DNA from: an uncultured Gammaproteobacteria bacterium
GTDB taxonomy: Bacteria > Patescibacteriota > Microgenomatia > Levybacterales > UBA12049
Assembly (NCBI GenBank): GCA_964416505.1
Contig: CAYQEJ010000002.1
Coordinates: 968-64,967 of the forward strand
Direction: 5' to 3'
DNA: 64,000 nt
A program made the position numbers and the translations under genes. The notes beneath the pieces are model-generated. The model saw nothing but the letters and a program-made list of their open reading frames with translations. It did no database searches and was not told the origin of the DNA. Positions 51,696-60,658 of this stretch are shown piece after piece. Position 1 is the stretch's first letter. Every line of letters begins with the position of its first letter.

Positions 51696-52487
51696 ATGTA
51701 TACCATGGAAAGATCTAAAGGGATAGACCTTATTGGTGCTATTGTCGTTTTTTTTGTTCTTCTTTTTGTTTATACCAAATTTATTGGCCCAATTCCTTTT
51801 GCTATAAATAGCACAAACACTGCTACCACAGACGTCTTCCAGTCTCAAGGTAGCGGAAAAGCCTCCGCTGCTCCCGATGAAGCATTGATAAATCTTGGTG
51901 TAACATCTCAAGGATCCAATGTAGAACTAGCACAAAACCAGGCAAATGAAGCCTCCAAAAAAATAATTGACTCACTAAAAAAACAGGGAATTAGCGAAGA
52001 TGAAATTAAAACTACTAATTATTCTATTAACCCAAATTATAGTTTTTCTGGAGAATCCCAAAAAATAATAGGATATTCTGTTTCCCAGAATTTCGAAGTA
52101 AAATCTCCTATTGGAAAGACAAATCAGATTGTAGATTCTGCAACAAGTGCCGGAGCAAATATGATAGGGAATATAATATTTAAATTAAATGATGAAAAAG
52201 AAAAAGAATTAAAAAACCAAGCAAGAAAAGAAGCAGTGGATAATGCAAAAACGTCTGCCGAAGGCCTCGCAAAATCTGCAGGAATGAAATTAGGGAAAAT
52301 AATCAACATAACTGAAACAAACGGAACATCTGGTGTTCCTATGCCATTTGCGGTCGCAACAAAAGCACTAGATTCTTCTCAAGGTGGAGAAATATCATTA
52401 CAAAACTCAACAAGAGAAGTATCAAGTATCACTCCTGGGGAAAGCAATGTCGAGGTAACTGTGATACTAACTTACCAAACAAATTAA
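51696..52487 (+). CDS. SIMPL (DUF541) domain protein
   Basis: G.G...A.PD.A.I.LGV, I.T.NYSI.P.Y, AR.EA...AK..A..LA. Confidence 0.88.
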   Translation: MYTMERSKGIDLIGAIVVFFVLLFVYTKFIGPIPFAINSTNTATTDVFQSQGSGKASAAPDEALINLGVTSQGSNVELAQNQANEASKKIIDSLKKQGISEDEIKTTNYSINPNYSFSGESQKIIGYSVSQNFEVKSPIGKTNQIVDSATSAGANMIGNIIFKLNDEKEKELKNQARKEAVDNAKTSAEGLAKSAGMKLGKIINITETNGTSGVPMPFAVATKALDSSQGGEISLQNSTREVSSITPGESNVEVTVILTYQTN

Positions 52488-52488
52488 A

Positions 52489-52626
52489 ATGTCCAAGGAC
52501 GAAGTTAAGTTTCAAAAAGCGTTTTTATTACAAATGAAAGCTTCTTTAAAAGGAGATTCCACAGAAGCAAGTAAAGCTCGCTCAATAGTAAATTTCTACA
52601 GAAAAAGAATAGAAGGAAAGAATTAA
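52489..52626 (+). CDS. 45-aa hypothetical microprotein
   Basis: MSKDEVKFQKAFLLQMKASLKGDSTEASKARSIVNFYRKRIEGKN fills the gap between the SIMPL gene and xer. Confidence 0.45.
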   Translation: MSKDEVKFQKAFLLQMKASLKGDSTEASKARSIVNFYRKRIEGKN

Positions 52627-52629
52627 ATA

Positions 52630-53565
52630 TTACTTATCATTTCCACTATGAAATGATCTATGTACCTCTCTTAGCTGCTTGTTTGTTATATGTGTGTAAA
52701 TTTGAGTAGTTGCAATATTTTTATGCCCCAACATTTCCTGAACACTTCTCAAATCTGCTCCATTCGTTAGAAGATCTGTTGCAAAACTGTGTCTTAATGT
52801 ATGAACGGTAGCATCCACCGGAATCCTAGTTTGGCGAACATATTTCTTAACAATCCTTTCCACACTTCTAGCAGTGAGTCTCATTCTTTCCCCATTATTT
52901 TCTTCACTTATTGCACCAGAGTAACGAATAAACATTGGTTTAAAAGGATCTTTTCGATGATTGAGGTATTTTTGTATCCAATCTGCAGCTCTATCTGAAA
53001 CGAACACAATTCTTGATCGTCTACCTTTTCCTATAATTCCAAACTCTTTTCTATCCAGATTAATCTGATCGCGATTAAGACTCACTAACTCAGACACGCG
53101 AAGTCCAGTAGAAAATAAAAGCTCCATTATAGCCCTATCCCTAACACCTTCTTCTTTAGATGTATCGGGTGCTGTAACGAGTCTCTCAACCTGATCTCTT
53201 TCCAAAAACTTAAGAGACCTACTTTCCGTTTTAGGTAAATCTATCTTTGAAGGCTCGAGAGTTTTCTGATCATTTTTTATAAGAAATCTTAAGAACGAGC
53301 GGAGCGCTATTATGTAATAATTCTGAGTAACCCTCTTAAGACCTGCGCCTTTTTCATCTGTCTTATTTGAAAGAAATACTCTGTATTTTCTTATATCAGA
53401 AAGCTCTATATTTTCAAGATTTTTATTTGGTATGTTATCCAAATACCACAGCTTAAATATTTCTAGGTAATGCCTGTAGTCTCTAATAGTAAGCTTGCTG
53501 CAGTTTTTTTCTATTTCTAAATATTCTAGAAAATCTTGAGTTAGCTTTGTAAGTTTTTCATCCAT
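52630..53565 (-). CDS. Xer-family tyrosine recombinase (XerC/XerD-like)
   Basis: RDRAIMELLFSTGLRVSEL, GKG, HTLRHSFAT, LGH..I.TTQIYTH. Confidence 0.95.
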   Translation of the reverse strand: MDEKLTKLTQDFLEYLEIEKNCSKLTIRDYRHYLEIFKLWYLDNIPNKNLENIELSDIRKYRVFLSNKTDEKGAGLKRVTQNYYIIALRSFLRFLIKNDQKTLEPSKIDLPKTESRSLKFLERDQVERLVTAPDTSKEEGVRDRAIMELLFSTGLRVSELVSLNRDQINLDRKEFGIIGKGRRSRIVFVSDRAADWIQKYLNHRKDPFKPMFIRYSGAISEENNGERMRLTARSVERIVKKYVRQTRIPVDATVHTLRHSFATDLLTNGADLRSVQEMLGHKNIATTQIYTHITNKQLREVHRSFHSGNDK

Positions 53566-53738
53566 AATAAATTAATTTAAATTCGAGGCTAATTTTTTAA
53601 AAAAAGAGTCATTAGCAGAAGGAAGGGGAGAGTGCCACGTTTGAAATTTTTCTATATCGAAGTGGATCAAAGAATATCTGATTTTTTTAAACATTTGGAC
53701 AGAGAATAAAAATTAAAAAGTTCAGTGATGCCAATCCA

Positions 53739-53823
53739 TTTTACGACATACACGCGTCGTAAAATAAAATGAATAAAGCAACATTATAAATTTATTATAC
53801 GACGTGAATAATTGATAAGTCAA
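53739..53823 (-). promoter_or_regulatory. xer promoter with three dif-arm-like operator half-sites
   Basis: Minus-strand TTGACT(53823)-18-TATAAT(53799-53794); arms at 53739-53749, 53754-53764 and 53795-53805. Confidence 0.6.
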
Positions 53824-53848
53824 CTGATTTTATTTATAATATGCGACT

Positions 53849-54214
53849 ATGTCATTAGAAGCAATGAATCCAACAGATAAAAAGATAAACCCAAAAATCT
53901 TATCTAGAGCAATTGATGCTTCCATAGCAAGATTAACCGGAAGTCAAATAGTAGAGCCCGGAACAACAATTCATTTTAACGGGAGATACTTTGGAAGCCA
54001 TAAAATTGATTCATCAGGTGAAACTGCACATTTCTATGAAGGACCAGATTTCTCTGATTTTAGGACAAGAAGAGGCTTCATCGTTCAGGGAAAAAAACTG
54101 GAAGGATACTCATACCAAACAGGAACTGACATATTAACCAAATATCCTATTCGTCCAATTGATGCAATACGGATGCTTGATACTATCCCAAACATGACCC
54201 CTAAATCGCGTTAA
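53849..54214 (+). CDS. Hypothetical protein
   Basis: TTGATA-17-TATAAT promoter then ATG. Confidence 0.6.
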   Translation: MSLEAMNPTDKKINPKILSRAIDASIARLTGSQIVEPGTTIHFNGRYFGSHKIDSSGETAHFYEGPDFSDFRTRRGFIVQGKKLEGYSYQTGTDILTKYPIRPIDAIRMLDTIPNMTPKSR

Positions 54215-54254
54215 TTTGTTTGCATTATAAAAATTGTAATGTTATAAATTATGC

Positions 54255-54938
54255 ATGGAACATTCTGGCGACAGACCCATACCAAACATAAGAGAAAGCT
54301 CTTCGAGCTCAGGAACTACGGGTGAAGTAATACCTCCTCAGCAAGTCCCGACTGCAAAATCAGTAAATCAAGATTTATCCTCAGTTAGAGGCAATTTATC
54401 GAGCCTACAAGCCCCTACGATTAGTTTAGAGGGGTTTAATTTTAGATTTACTACTGATACTCCTTCTAAAGTTGATCAACCTAAAGGATTCGCTGGAAAA
54501 GTTGTTAGTTCTCTAAGAAAATTAAAGGACATATTAGTTGTTAACGATAAACCGGTTCCAATCGAACAGTTAGACGAAAGAACTGTTGCTTACTTGATAC
54601 TGACTAATCAAAGAAATGTTCTCAGAGGATCCAACCCAACACTAATACAACCGTTTAATGCTGCTGATATTCTCAGAGATGCTGGATATATTGCTTTAAA
54701 TCCAAACGCAGATTATGAATCCAAATGGCCAGCTCCCTATACAAGAGCCCTACATGTCCTACGATCTCTTCGGGATAATGGTGCTATAGAATTTCTAGAA
54801 CCTGATCAAGATCATGCCCACCGAAATCCAGGATACCGAGTACTTCCTGAGCAAGCTCCACTCCTTATGGAGCTAGCTAAAACAGCCAGCCAGACAGATA
54901 AAAGATTTGATCCTAAAAGCCTAACACCTTTAAAATAG
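54255..54938 (+). CDS. Hypothetical protein with possible C-terminal winged helix
   Basis: Disordered N-terminus; FNAADIL...RALHVLRSLRDNGAIE...GYRV. Confidence 0.6.
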   Translation: MEHSGDRPIPNIRESSSSSGTTGEVIPPQQVPTAKSVNQDLSSVRGNLSSLQAPTISLEGFNFRFTTDTPSKVDQPKGFAGKVVSSLRKLKDILVVNDKPVPIEQLDERTVAYLILTNQRNVLRGSNPTLIQPFNAADILRDAGYIALNPNADYESKWPAPYTRALHVLRSLRDNGAIEFLEPDQDHAHRNPGYRVLPEQAPLLMELAKTASQTDKRFDPKSLTPLK

Positions 54939-55166
54939 ACCTCTCCATGCGTAGATGAGTACGATAGTATTCAAATTTTAGCTTCATTTAGCCTCAAAAT
55001 AATTTATTTCATAAAACCTATAGCGGGGGATAGCAGAAAAATTAAGCAATTGGAAAATATAGAGAGAAATCCATGCCAATAATAAAACGAAATTTAAAAA
55101 TTTAAATAAAATGGAGAAAAAAATTGGTAAGGAAAATGGGTCTTCTCCGGGAATTTAGCCTCCGTG

Positions 55167-55194
55167 ACGTCGTAAAAGTATTATTCTACGACAT
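55167..55194. other. Candidate dif (Xer recombination) site
   Basis: ACGTCGTAAAA-GTATTA-TTCTACGACAT, 11-6-11 inverted repeat, 1.6 kb from xer, at the + to - gene-orientation switch. Confidence 0.65.
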
Positions 55195-55686
55195 AATCAA
55201 TCTATACTTCCTAGTGCCTAATTTGTCCAAATTTTGTTATAGAAAGACATCTAGAGGAACGTAGTAAATATTCCTACTCTTATTGCTTAAGTAATACCTC
55301 TTCCTTTCCTAAGTAAACGATAATATCTATAAATTAGCCTATGTTACAAAGCCCCTCCTCTGAGTTATCCACATGTGTTTTATTTAGCTTGTTAAATCAA
55401 TCTAATCGCATTATTTTAGCCTCAAAATATAACAAGAAATAACGTTCGTATTTTTTTCGATTTGAAAACAACAAGGTATTAAAACGAGGAGGAAGTACTA
55501 GCGCATGAAGTATAATCTTAGGGATAATTACCGAGATTCAGCTCCGTGTCAATTAACCATACACCACTCTCCATAAGAGATATGAGCGTGTCCACAGGCT
55601 CGTGAAAATTTACTTAAAAGCTCGTGAAATTACGACATGAGACCATTTTTTACCCATAAATATGTCCTATAATATTTAACTAAATA

Positions 55687-55727
55687 TATCAAACTATATC
55701 ATCACTACCTGTATCAAACTATATCAT
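55687..55727 (+). repeat. 16-bp direct repeat x2
   Basis: TATCAAACTATATCAT at 55687 and 55712. Confidence 0.8.
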
Positions 55728-55886
55728 TTAGCCACAACACCCTCTCCTCTTCCCTGTCTTCAGTTGACCATTTTTTTATAAACAAATTTAGCCTCAAATT
55801 ATGCGTAAATAATTAATTCCCACTTAGCCTCTAAATCAATTTAAATATAAGGGTTTGTAGCTTAAAATCTCTTCTCCACTTTCCTA

Positions 55887-56690
55887 TTATGTCCAGGAGG
55901 TAAAAAACACAAGAACGATAAAAACAAATACAGCTACCCAAATGTACTCCCAAAGCACAGATTTGAATAATCTCTTTTCAAACCATAAGTGAGACAAACC
56001 AACAATTATATAAAAAAATCCAGTTAGAAAAAGAGATATAACTAATGGTTTACTTGGCCAAAACCATAAAAGAAAAGACATCTCGGTAAGAGTGATACTT
56101 AAAAATGCGCTCCAAATGATTTCGTTTTTTATTTTCTTTTCTAAGGTATAAGTCCATAACGAATGAACAATTAAAAAGAAAGAGTATGAAAATATCAATG
56201 GAAGTATTATGAAAAAGCTCAACTGAGAACTAAAAATAGTATTTGTGAAAAAGGCATAGATAAAAATAGATAACACGAACGATACTGTTCTCGCACTAGA
56301 TAAAAGTGCAATAGTTCTAACAGATGAAACCGTGAAAATGTTCTGACTTAAGTATGCAGAATATAACCCAACTGCATATAAAACAGTCAAAAATGATTGC
56401 ACTAAAAGCCGTGGGGGTAGTGAAAAGTAAAACAAACCAAAAGCCAATGTAAAAGCAAAAGGAAGTATCAAAACCTGCGGTGAAAAATTTTCTTTAAATT
56501 CTTTTTTAAGTGCCCAATAAAGAAAAACATCTGTCAGAAAAGATAAGAAAACTACGAAGTATATACCGAGACTTGTTAAGAAATGTTCAACTAAAAAAAG
56601 ACTAACTGATAAAATTATTACACCTGTAACGAATCTTTGTCTTTTAGTTAGGAAGTTTTTTCTAAAAGAAGACAAAAATTTAATTTTCAT
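55887..56690 (-). CDS. Multi-pass membrane protein (DUF5656-like)
   Basis: About 9 TM helices; NIF.VSS.RTI.L...A and W.Y motifs typical of a CPR family. Confidence 0.65.
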   Translation of the reverse strand: MKIKFLSSFRKNFLTKRQRFVTGVIILSVSLFLVEHFLTSLGIYFVVFLSFLTDVFLYWALKKEFKENFSPQVLILPFAFTLAFGLFYFSLPPRLLVQSFLTVLYAVGLYSAYLSQNIFTVSSVRTIALLSSARTVSFVLSIFIYAFFTNTIFSSQLSFFIILPLIFSYSFFLIVHSLWTYTLEKKIKNEIIWSAFLSITLTEMSFLLWFWPSKPLVISLFLTGFFYIIVGLSHLWFEKRLFKSVLWEYIWVAVFVFIVLVFFTSWT

Positions 56691-57413
56691 TTAAAGACTA
56701 ATATTTGAGTATACCTTTTGCACGTCATCCATATCTTCGAGAGCAGATAAGAAATTAATAATTTTTTCCTTTTCTTCCTCGCCTACACTTACTGTGTTTT
56801 TTGGTTTTCTGGAAATTTCCGCTCCTGTAATTTCAAACCCAAGCTTTGATAATTCTTCCTTTATTCTCGCTAGATCAGAAATCTCCGTATAAATCGATGC
56901 CTCTTCCCCATTATCTTCAACGTCCAATGCTCCAAGCTCTGCGGAAGCCATAAAAATATCATCTATTGATTTATCGTTTTTTTTAATAGTTATCTCACCT
57001 TTCTGATCAAACTGATAAGCTACAGATCCAGGCCCAGCGAAACTTGCTCCTGACTTATTGAATAAACTTTTTACCTCAGAGGTAGTTCTATTAGTATTAT
57101 CCGTTACCGCTTCCACCATTACAGAAACTCCCCCAGGAGCAAAACCCTCGTAAGTAAGCTCAGTCAAATCCCCTGCTTCTTTACTTGTAGCTCTAGCAAT
57201 TGCTCTTTCTATATTGTCTTTCGGCATGTTAGCGCCTCTCGCTAATTCAATTGCTAGTCTAAGCCTTGGATTCTGATCTGGATCACCTACTCCTCCACCC
57301 TGCTTAACGGCAATTGTGATAGCGTTTGAAATTTTTGTAAAAGTAGCTCCTCGCTTTGCATCTGCTACTCCTTTTTGTCTTTTAATTGTCGACCATTTAG
57401 AATGACCACTCAT
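56691..57413 (-). CDS. yebC: YebC/PmpR family protein
   Basis: MSGHSKW.TIKR.K, NPRLR, YEG..PGG, TDN.NRT, DDVQ.VYSN. Confidence 0.95.
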   Translation of the reverse strand: MSGHSKWSTIKRQKGVADAKRGATFTKISNAITIAVKQGGGVGDPDQNPRLRLAIELARGANMPKDNIERAIARATSKEAGDLTELTYEGFAPGGVSVMVEAVTDNTNRTTSEVKSLFNKSGASFAGPGSVAYQFDQKGEITIKKNDKSIDDIFMASAELGALDVEDNGEEASIYTEISDLARIKEELSKLGFEITGAEISRKPKNTVSVGEEEKEKIINFLSALEDMDDVQKVYSNISL

Positions 57414-57485
57414 AGGCATATATTTTACCATTTGATTATTGACTTTTGCAATTTGTAATAGTAAAATTTTTCAATTAAATCCTCA

Positions 57486-58169
57486 ATGAAAATTACTTCT
57501 AATGATGCAATTCAAGCCACGCTTAACGGTAATTGGGACGAAGCTATAAAACTTAATAAAAGTCTTCTGGAAGATAATCCTAAAGATGTTGCAGCCCTTA
57601 ATAGAATGGGACTAGCTTATGTGATTCTTGGGAAAAGTAAGTCCGCGAAGGATGTATTTAGTAAAGTTTTGGAAATTGACCCTCTGAATTCAATTGCAAT
57701 AAAAAACTTAAGTAAAATCAAATCAGACTCTTCAGATGATGGAGAAACAATAACAGTGAATGTAAATAACATATTTATTGAAGAGACTGGAAAAACAAAA
57801 GTAGTAGAATTAATAAATCTAGCTCAAGCTGAAATTCTCGTATCCCTGAGAACAGGACAATCACTTGACCTATCAACGAAAAGATTAAAAGTATTCATCT
57901 CTCAAGGAAAAAAATATATAGGAGTTTTACCTGATGACATAGGAAAAAGACTAATTAAATTTATTAATGGCGGAAATAAATATGAAGCATTTGTAAAATC
58001 AGCAAATCATCAAAACGTAACTATATTTCTTAGAGAATTAAAAAGAGCCACTAAATTTAAAGATCAACCATCATTTCTTCACGCGATTGAAAAAAAGCTT
58101 AGTATCAAAAAAACAAACAAGAAAAGTAAAGATGATTACGATGATGAATCTGGTGAATCAGAGGAATAA
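57486..58169 (+). CDS. Tetratricopeptide repeat protein
   Basis: W.EA...N, ALNRMG.AY, VLEIDP.N.IA.KNL; FIEE.GKTK. Confidence 0.8.
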   Translation: MKITSNDAIQATLNGNWDEAIKLNKSLLEDNPKDVAALNRMGLAYVILGKSKSAKDVFSKVLEIDPLNSIAIKNLSKIKSDSSDDGETITVNVNNIFIEETGKTKVVELINLAQAEILVSLRTGQSLDLSTKRLKVFISQGKKYIGVLPDDIGKRLIKFINGGNKYEAFVKSANHQNVTIFLRELKRATKFKDQPSFLHAIEKKLSIKKTNKKSKDDYDDESGESEE

Positions 58170-58300
58170 TAAATCACTTTTCCTTTTTTTAAATCATCTC
58201 TAACTTCCTTCACTTCTTTTTTATTTTTTTCTTTTTTTAACGAAATCATGGCTAATATGACTGATATTAAAAAAATAGCAGCAACAAAAACGTAAATCAT
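58136..58300 (-). CDS. 54-aa single-TM microprotein
   Basis: MIYVFVAAIFLISVILAMISLKKE...; ATGA overlap with the upstream stop. Confidence 0.6.
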   Translation of the reverse strand: MIYVFVAAIFLISVILAMISLKKEKNKKEVKEVRDDLKKGKVIYYSSDSPDSSS

Positions 58301-59082
58301 AAATCCTCCCCCTTATCCTTCCCTATTACTATCACTATTTGAGCAATTGAGCTAGCTTTTTTCTTTTCTGTTTTCATTTTCAAAATCTTTGACAATTTTC
58401 TTACTGTGTAACTATCATTTTCAAAATAAATTATCGATTCGGTTTGCTGGTCTTTCGAATTGTTCACCAATACCACTGCTCCTCCTAGATTTGAAACCAT
58501 TGAGGCAACTCTATTCCCCAATCCTCCTATCTGAGTAGAATTAGTAATCTGAATATCTATTTTTTCCTTTGCTAACTCTTGATCTTCAAATTTCTCTGAA
58601 GAAATATTTGCCAGACTCTGAACTTCATCTTTTTCTATTTTTTCCCTCTCAAACTTATCGCTCCCCACTCCAAGCGAATACATACTTAATTTGAATAAAT
58701 CCCAAACATTAATATCACCATTAATTTTTCTTTTATTTATCAACATTCTCAAGAAGATTAATTTCGAATCTGGTGAAAAATGAGATTTTGTTTTTACATA
58801 AGAATCAATCGGTATGGAATATGCCTTTGTGGGATCATTTAAGATCTCGCCTTCAATATTAATATTTAGCTGCTGTCCTTCGCTAGGTAAAACAGTGTAG
58901 ATGTCCCAATCATTATTATTTACAACAGCAACAGTAAATCGGTGCTTACTATCAAATTTACTTTTTCGCACCAAGTCAAAAGCTTTAAATAAAACTGAAA
59001 TTATTATTATTAGAAGTACTAAAAGACCAAAGTATAAAGCTAAATTTATACTCTTCACTTCTCCATTCTTCGATTTTCTCAT
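58297..59082 (-). CDS. Membrane protein with LytR C-terminal domain
   Basis: I.I.NST...GLG......N.G..V....IVIG.D; TAATG-coupled start at 59082. Confidence 0.75.
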   Translation of the reverse strand: MRKSKNGEVKSINLALYFGLLVLLIIIISVLFKAFDLVRKSKFDSKHRFTVAVVNNNDWDIYTVLPSEGQQLNINIEGEILNDPTKAYSIPIDSYVKTKSHFSPDSKLIFLRMLINKRKINGDINVWDLFKLSMYSLGVGSDKFEREKIEKDEVQSLANISSEKFEDQELAKEKIDIQITNSTQIGGLGNRVASMVSNLGGAVVLVNNSKDQQTESIIYFENDSYTVRKLSKILKMKTEKKKASSIAQIVIVIGKDKGEDL

Positions 59083-59216
59083 TACCAATCTTTCTTTTTC
59101 TTGGAGATTAATTCGGGCATAACATATGTTGGAGCTGTTGAGATTCCTCCTTTATTGTCCTTGCCCTTTTTAGGTTTTTTCTTCTCTCCTTTATAAAATC
59201 CACCAAATCCTGGCAT
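59082..59216 (-). CDS. 44-aa basic microprotein
   Basis: MPGFGGFYKGEKKKPKKGKDNKGGISTAPTYVMPELISKKKKDW; SD AAGGAGGTGA; TAATG coupling. Confidence 0.75.
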   Translation of the reverse strand: MPGFGGFYKGEKKKPKKGKDNKGGISTAPTYVMPELISKKKKDW

Positions 59217-59240
59217 AATTTCACCTCCTTAATTAGTTTA

Positions 59241-59969
59241 TCAATTAGATGTTGTTGAAATCAACTTTAAAAATTTCTCTAGTTCTGGACTTAATTCACT
59301 TTTATAATGAACCTTCTCATTTGTTTTTGGATCCAAAAAATCTATTTGCTCCGCATGAAGAAATATCCTACCCAAGTTCTTTCTATCATCACGAGAAACT
59401 TTTCTCCCTCCATACAAAGGATCCGAATAAATCGGGTAATTTAAATGTTTTAAATGTACTCTTATCTGATGCGTTCTACCTGTTTTAGGAAATAACCTAA
59501 CAAGACTTAAAATTTCATTTTTGAATTTGTAATATTTGATAACCTCGTATTTAGTTAACGCCTCCCTACCACCAGCCAAAACTCCAAACCTCATTCTATT
59601 CCAAGGAAGTCTACCAATTGGAGCATTTACTTCTCCATTTTTTGGTTTAATTTCTCCATGCGCTAAAGCTACATATGATTTACCAACTAATCTATCTTTA
59701 AATTGCTTCTGAATTGCTCTAAAAGAAAAAGAGTTTTTAGCAATTATTAATATTCCTGATGTTTCTTTATCAAGCCTATGAACAATTCCGGATCTATCTA
59801 TAAACTCAGCATCCTCACTATTTGTATCAATTTTTTTTGAATGATTTATTAAATCTTGTAAAGTTTCTTCGTTATTTGTAGTATCGGATTTATTAACAGT
59901 AATCCCAGCTTGTTTTTCAATGATAAAATAATCATCATTTTCAAACAAAATTTTTAATTTATTTTCCAT
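59241..59969 (-). CDS. RluA-family pseudouridine synthase
   Basis: GIVHRLDKETSG, KTGRTHQIRVH, FLHA. Confidence 0.95.
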   Translation of the reverse strand: MENKLKILFENDDYFIIEKQAGITVNKSDTTNNEETLQDLINHSKKIDTNSEDAEFIDRSGIVHRLDKETSGILIIAKNSFSFRAIQKQFKDRLVGKSYVALAHGEIKPKNGEVNAPIGRLPWNRMRFGVLAGGREALTKYEVIKYYKFKNEILSLVRLFPKTGRTHQIRVHLKHLNYPIYSDPLYGGRKVSRDDRKNLGRIFLHAEQIDFLDPKTNEKVHYKSELSPELEKFLKLISTTSN

Positions 59970-60657
59970 TTTTTATAGATATTCTCCCGGTTAATTCTTG
60001 CTTAATTATTGTGATTATCGAAACTATTAAAATCCCCAATAGAATAAAATTTTCTTTATGATTTATAAAATAATTTACTCCCGGATTATCGATTGCCATA
60101 GAGAGAAGCGAAATTAATGAAAAGAATGCGAGAAACAGCGCTCCGGTAGTACCATCTTTTATTTCAAGTGAACGAGCTTTAGGATACAGGTATATATTTG
60201 ACGCTATTAATATTAAGCAATACAAAACAAACTTTACATTGGTCCCAAGAGAAAAATTTTGAGAAAGAAGAAAATATCCTAAAAATCCAAAAGGAATTAC
60301 AAAAATAAATGAAATTGAGAAAAAATCAAATATCCTTCCCATAGATATTTTTTTTCGCCTACAAAAAAGGTAAATTGAAATTATTCCTCCAATTACCGCG
60401 CCGGTCATAGAAAGCCCTGGAAAATATGGAAATAATATAAAACCTAAAGGGTTTAAAAAAACTTGACTCGGATTCATAAAAACAAAAAATATTCTTGATA
60501 CGATCAATGATATAAATGCTGTTACGAATACTGCATTAAAAACATCTTCAACAGAAATATTTTTTTTAACTAAAAAAGAATCGTCTATGGCAAGATGATA
60601 AATTCTATACAAATATAAAACTATACAAATTAACAAAACAAAAATAAAAAACTGCAT
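59959..60657 (-). CDS. Lgt-like membrane protein (prolipoprotein diacylglyceryl transferase family, divergent)
   Basis: SRIFFV, PGLS..GA.IGG, .FD..S; precedes rluA. Confidence 0.6.
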   Translation of the reverse strand: MQFFIFVLLICIVLYLYRIYHLAIDDSFLVKKNISVEDVFNAVFVTAFISLIVSRIFFVFMNPSQVFLNPLGFILFPYFPGLSMTGAVIGGIISIYLFCRRKKISMGRIFDFFSISFIFVIPFGFLGYFLLSQNFSLGTNVKFVLYCLILIASNIYLYPKARSLEIKDGTTGALFLAFFSLISLLSMAIDNPGVNYFINHKENFILLGILIVSIITIIKQELTGRISIKNGK

Positions 60658-60658
60658 A

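Noticed and set aside
52630-54938. Prophage or integrative element around the tyrosine recombinase
   Set aside because: The protein looks like a chromosomal Xer; no phage, relaxase or att duplication seen
54939-55886. oriC
   Set aside because: Only one perfect DnaA box, no dnaA/dnaN nearby, and flanking genes converge rather than diverge; a terminus fits better (GC skew not computed)
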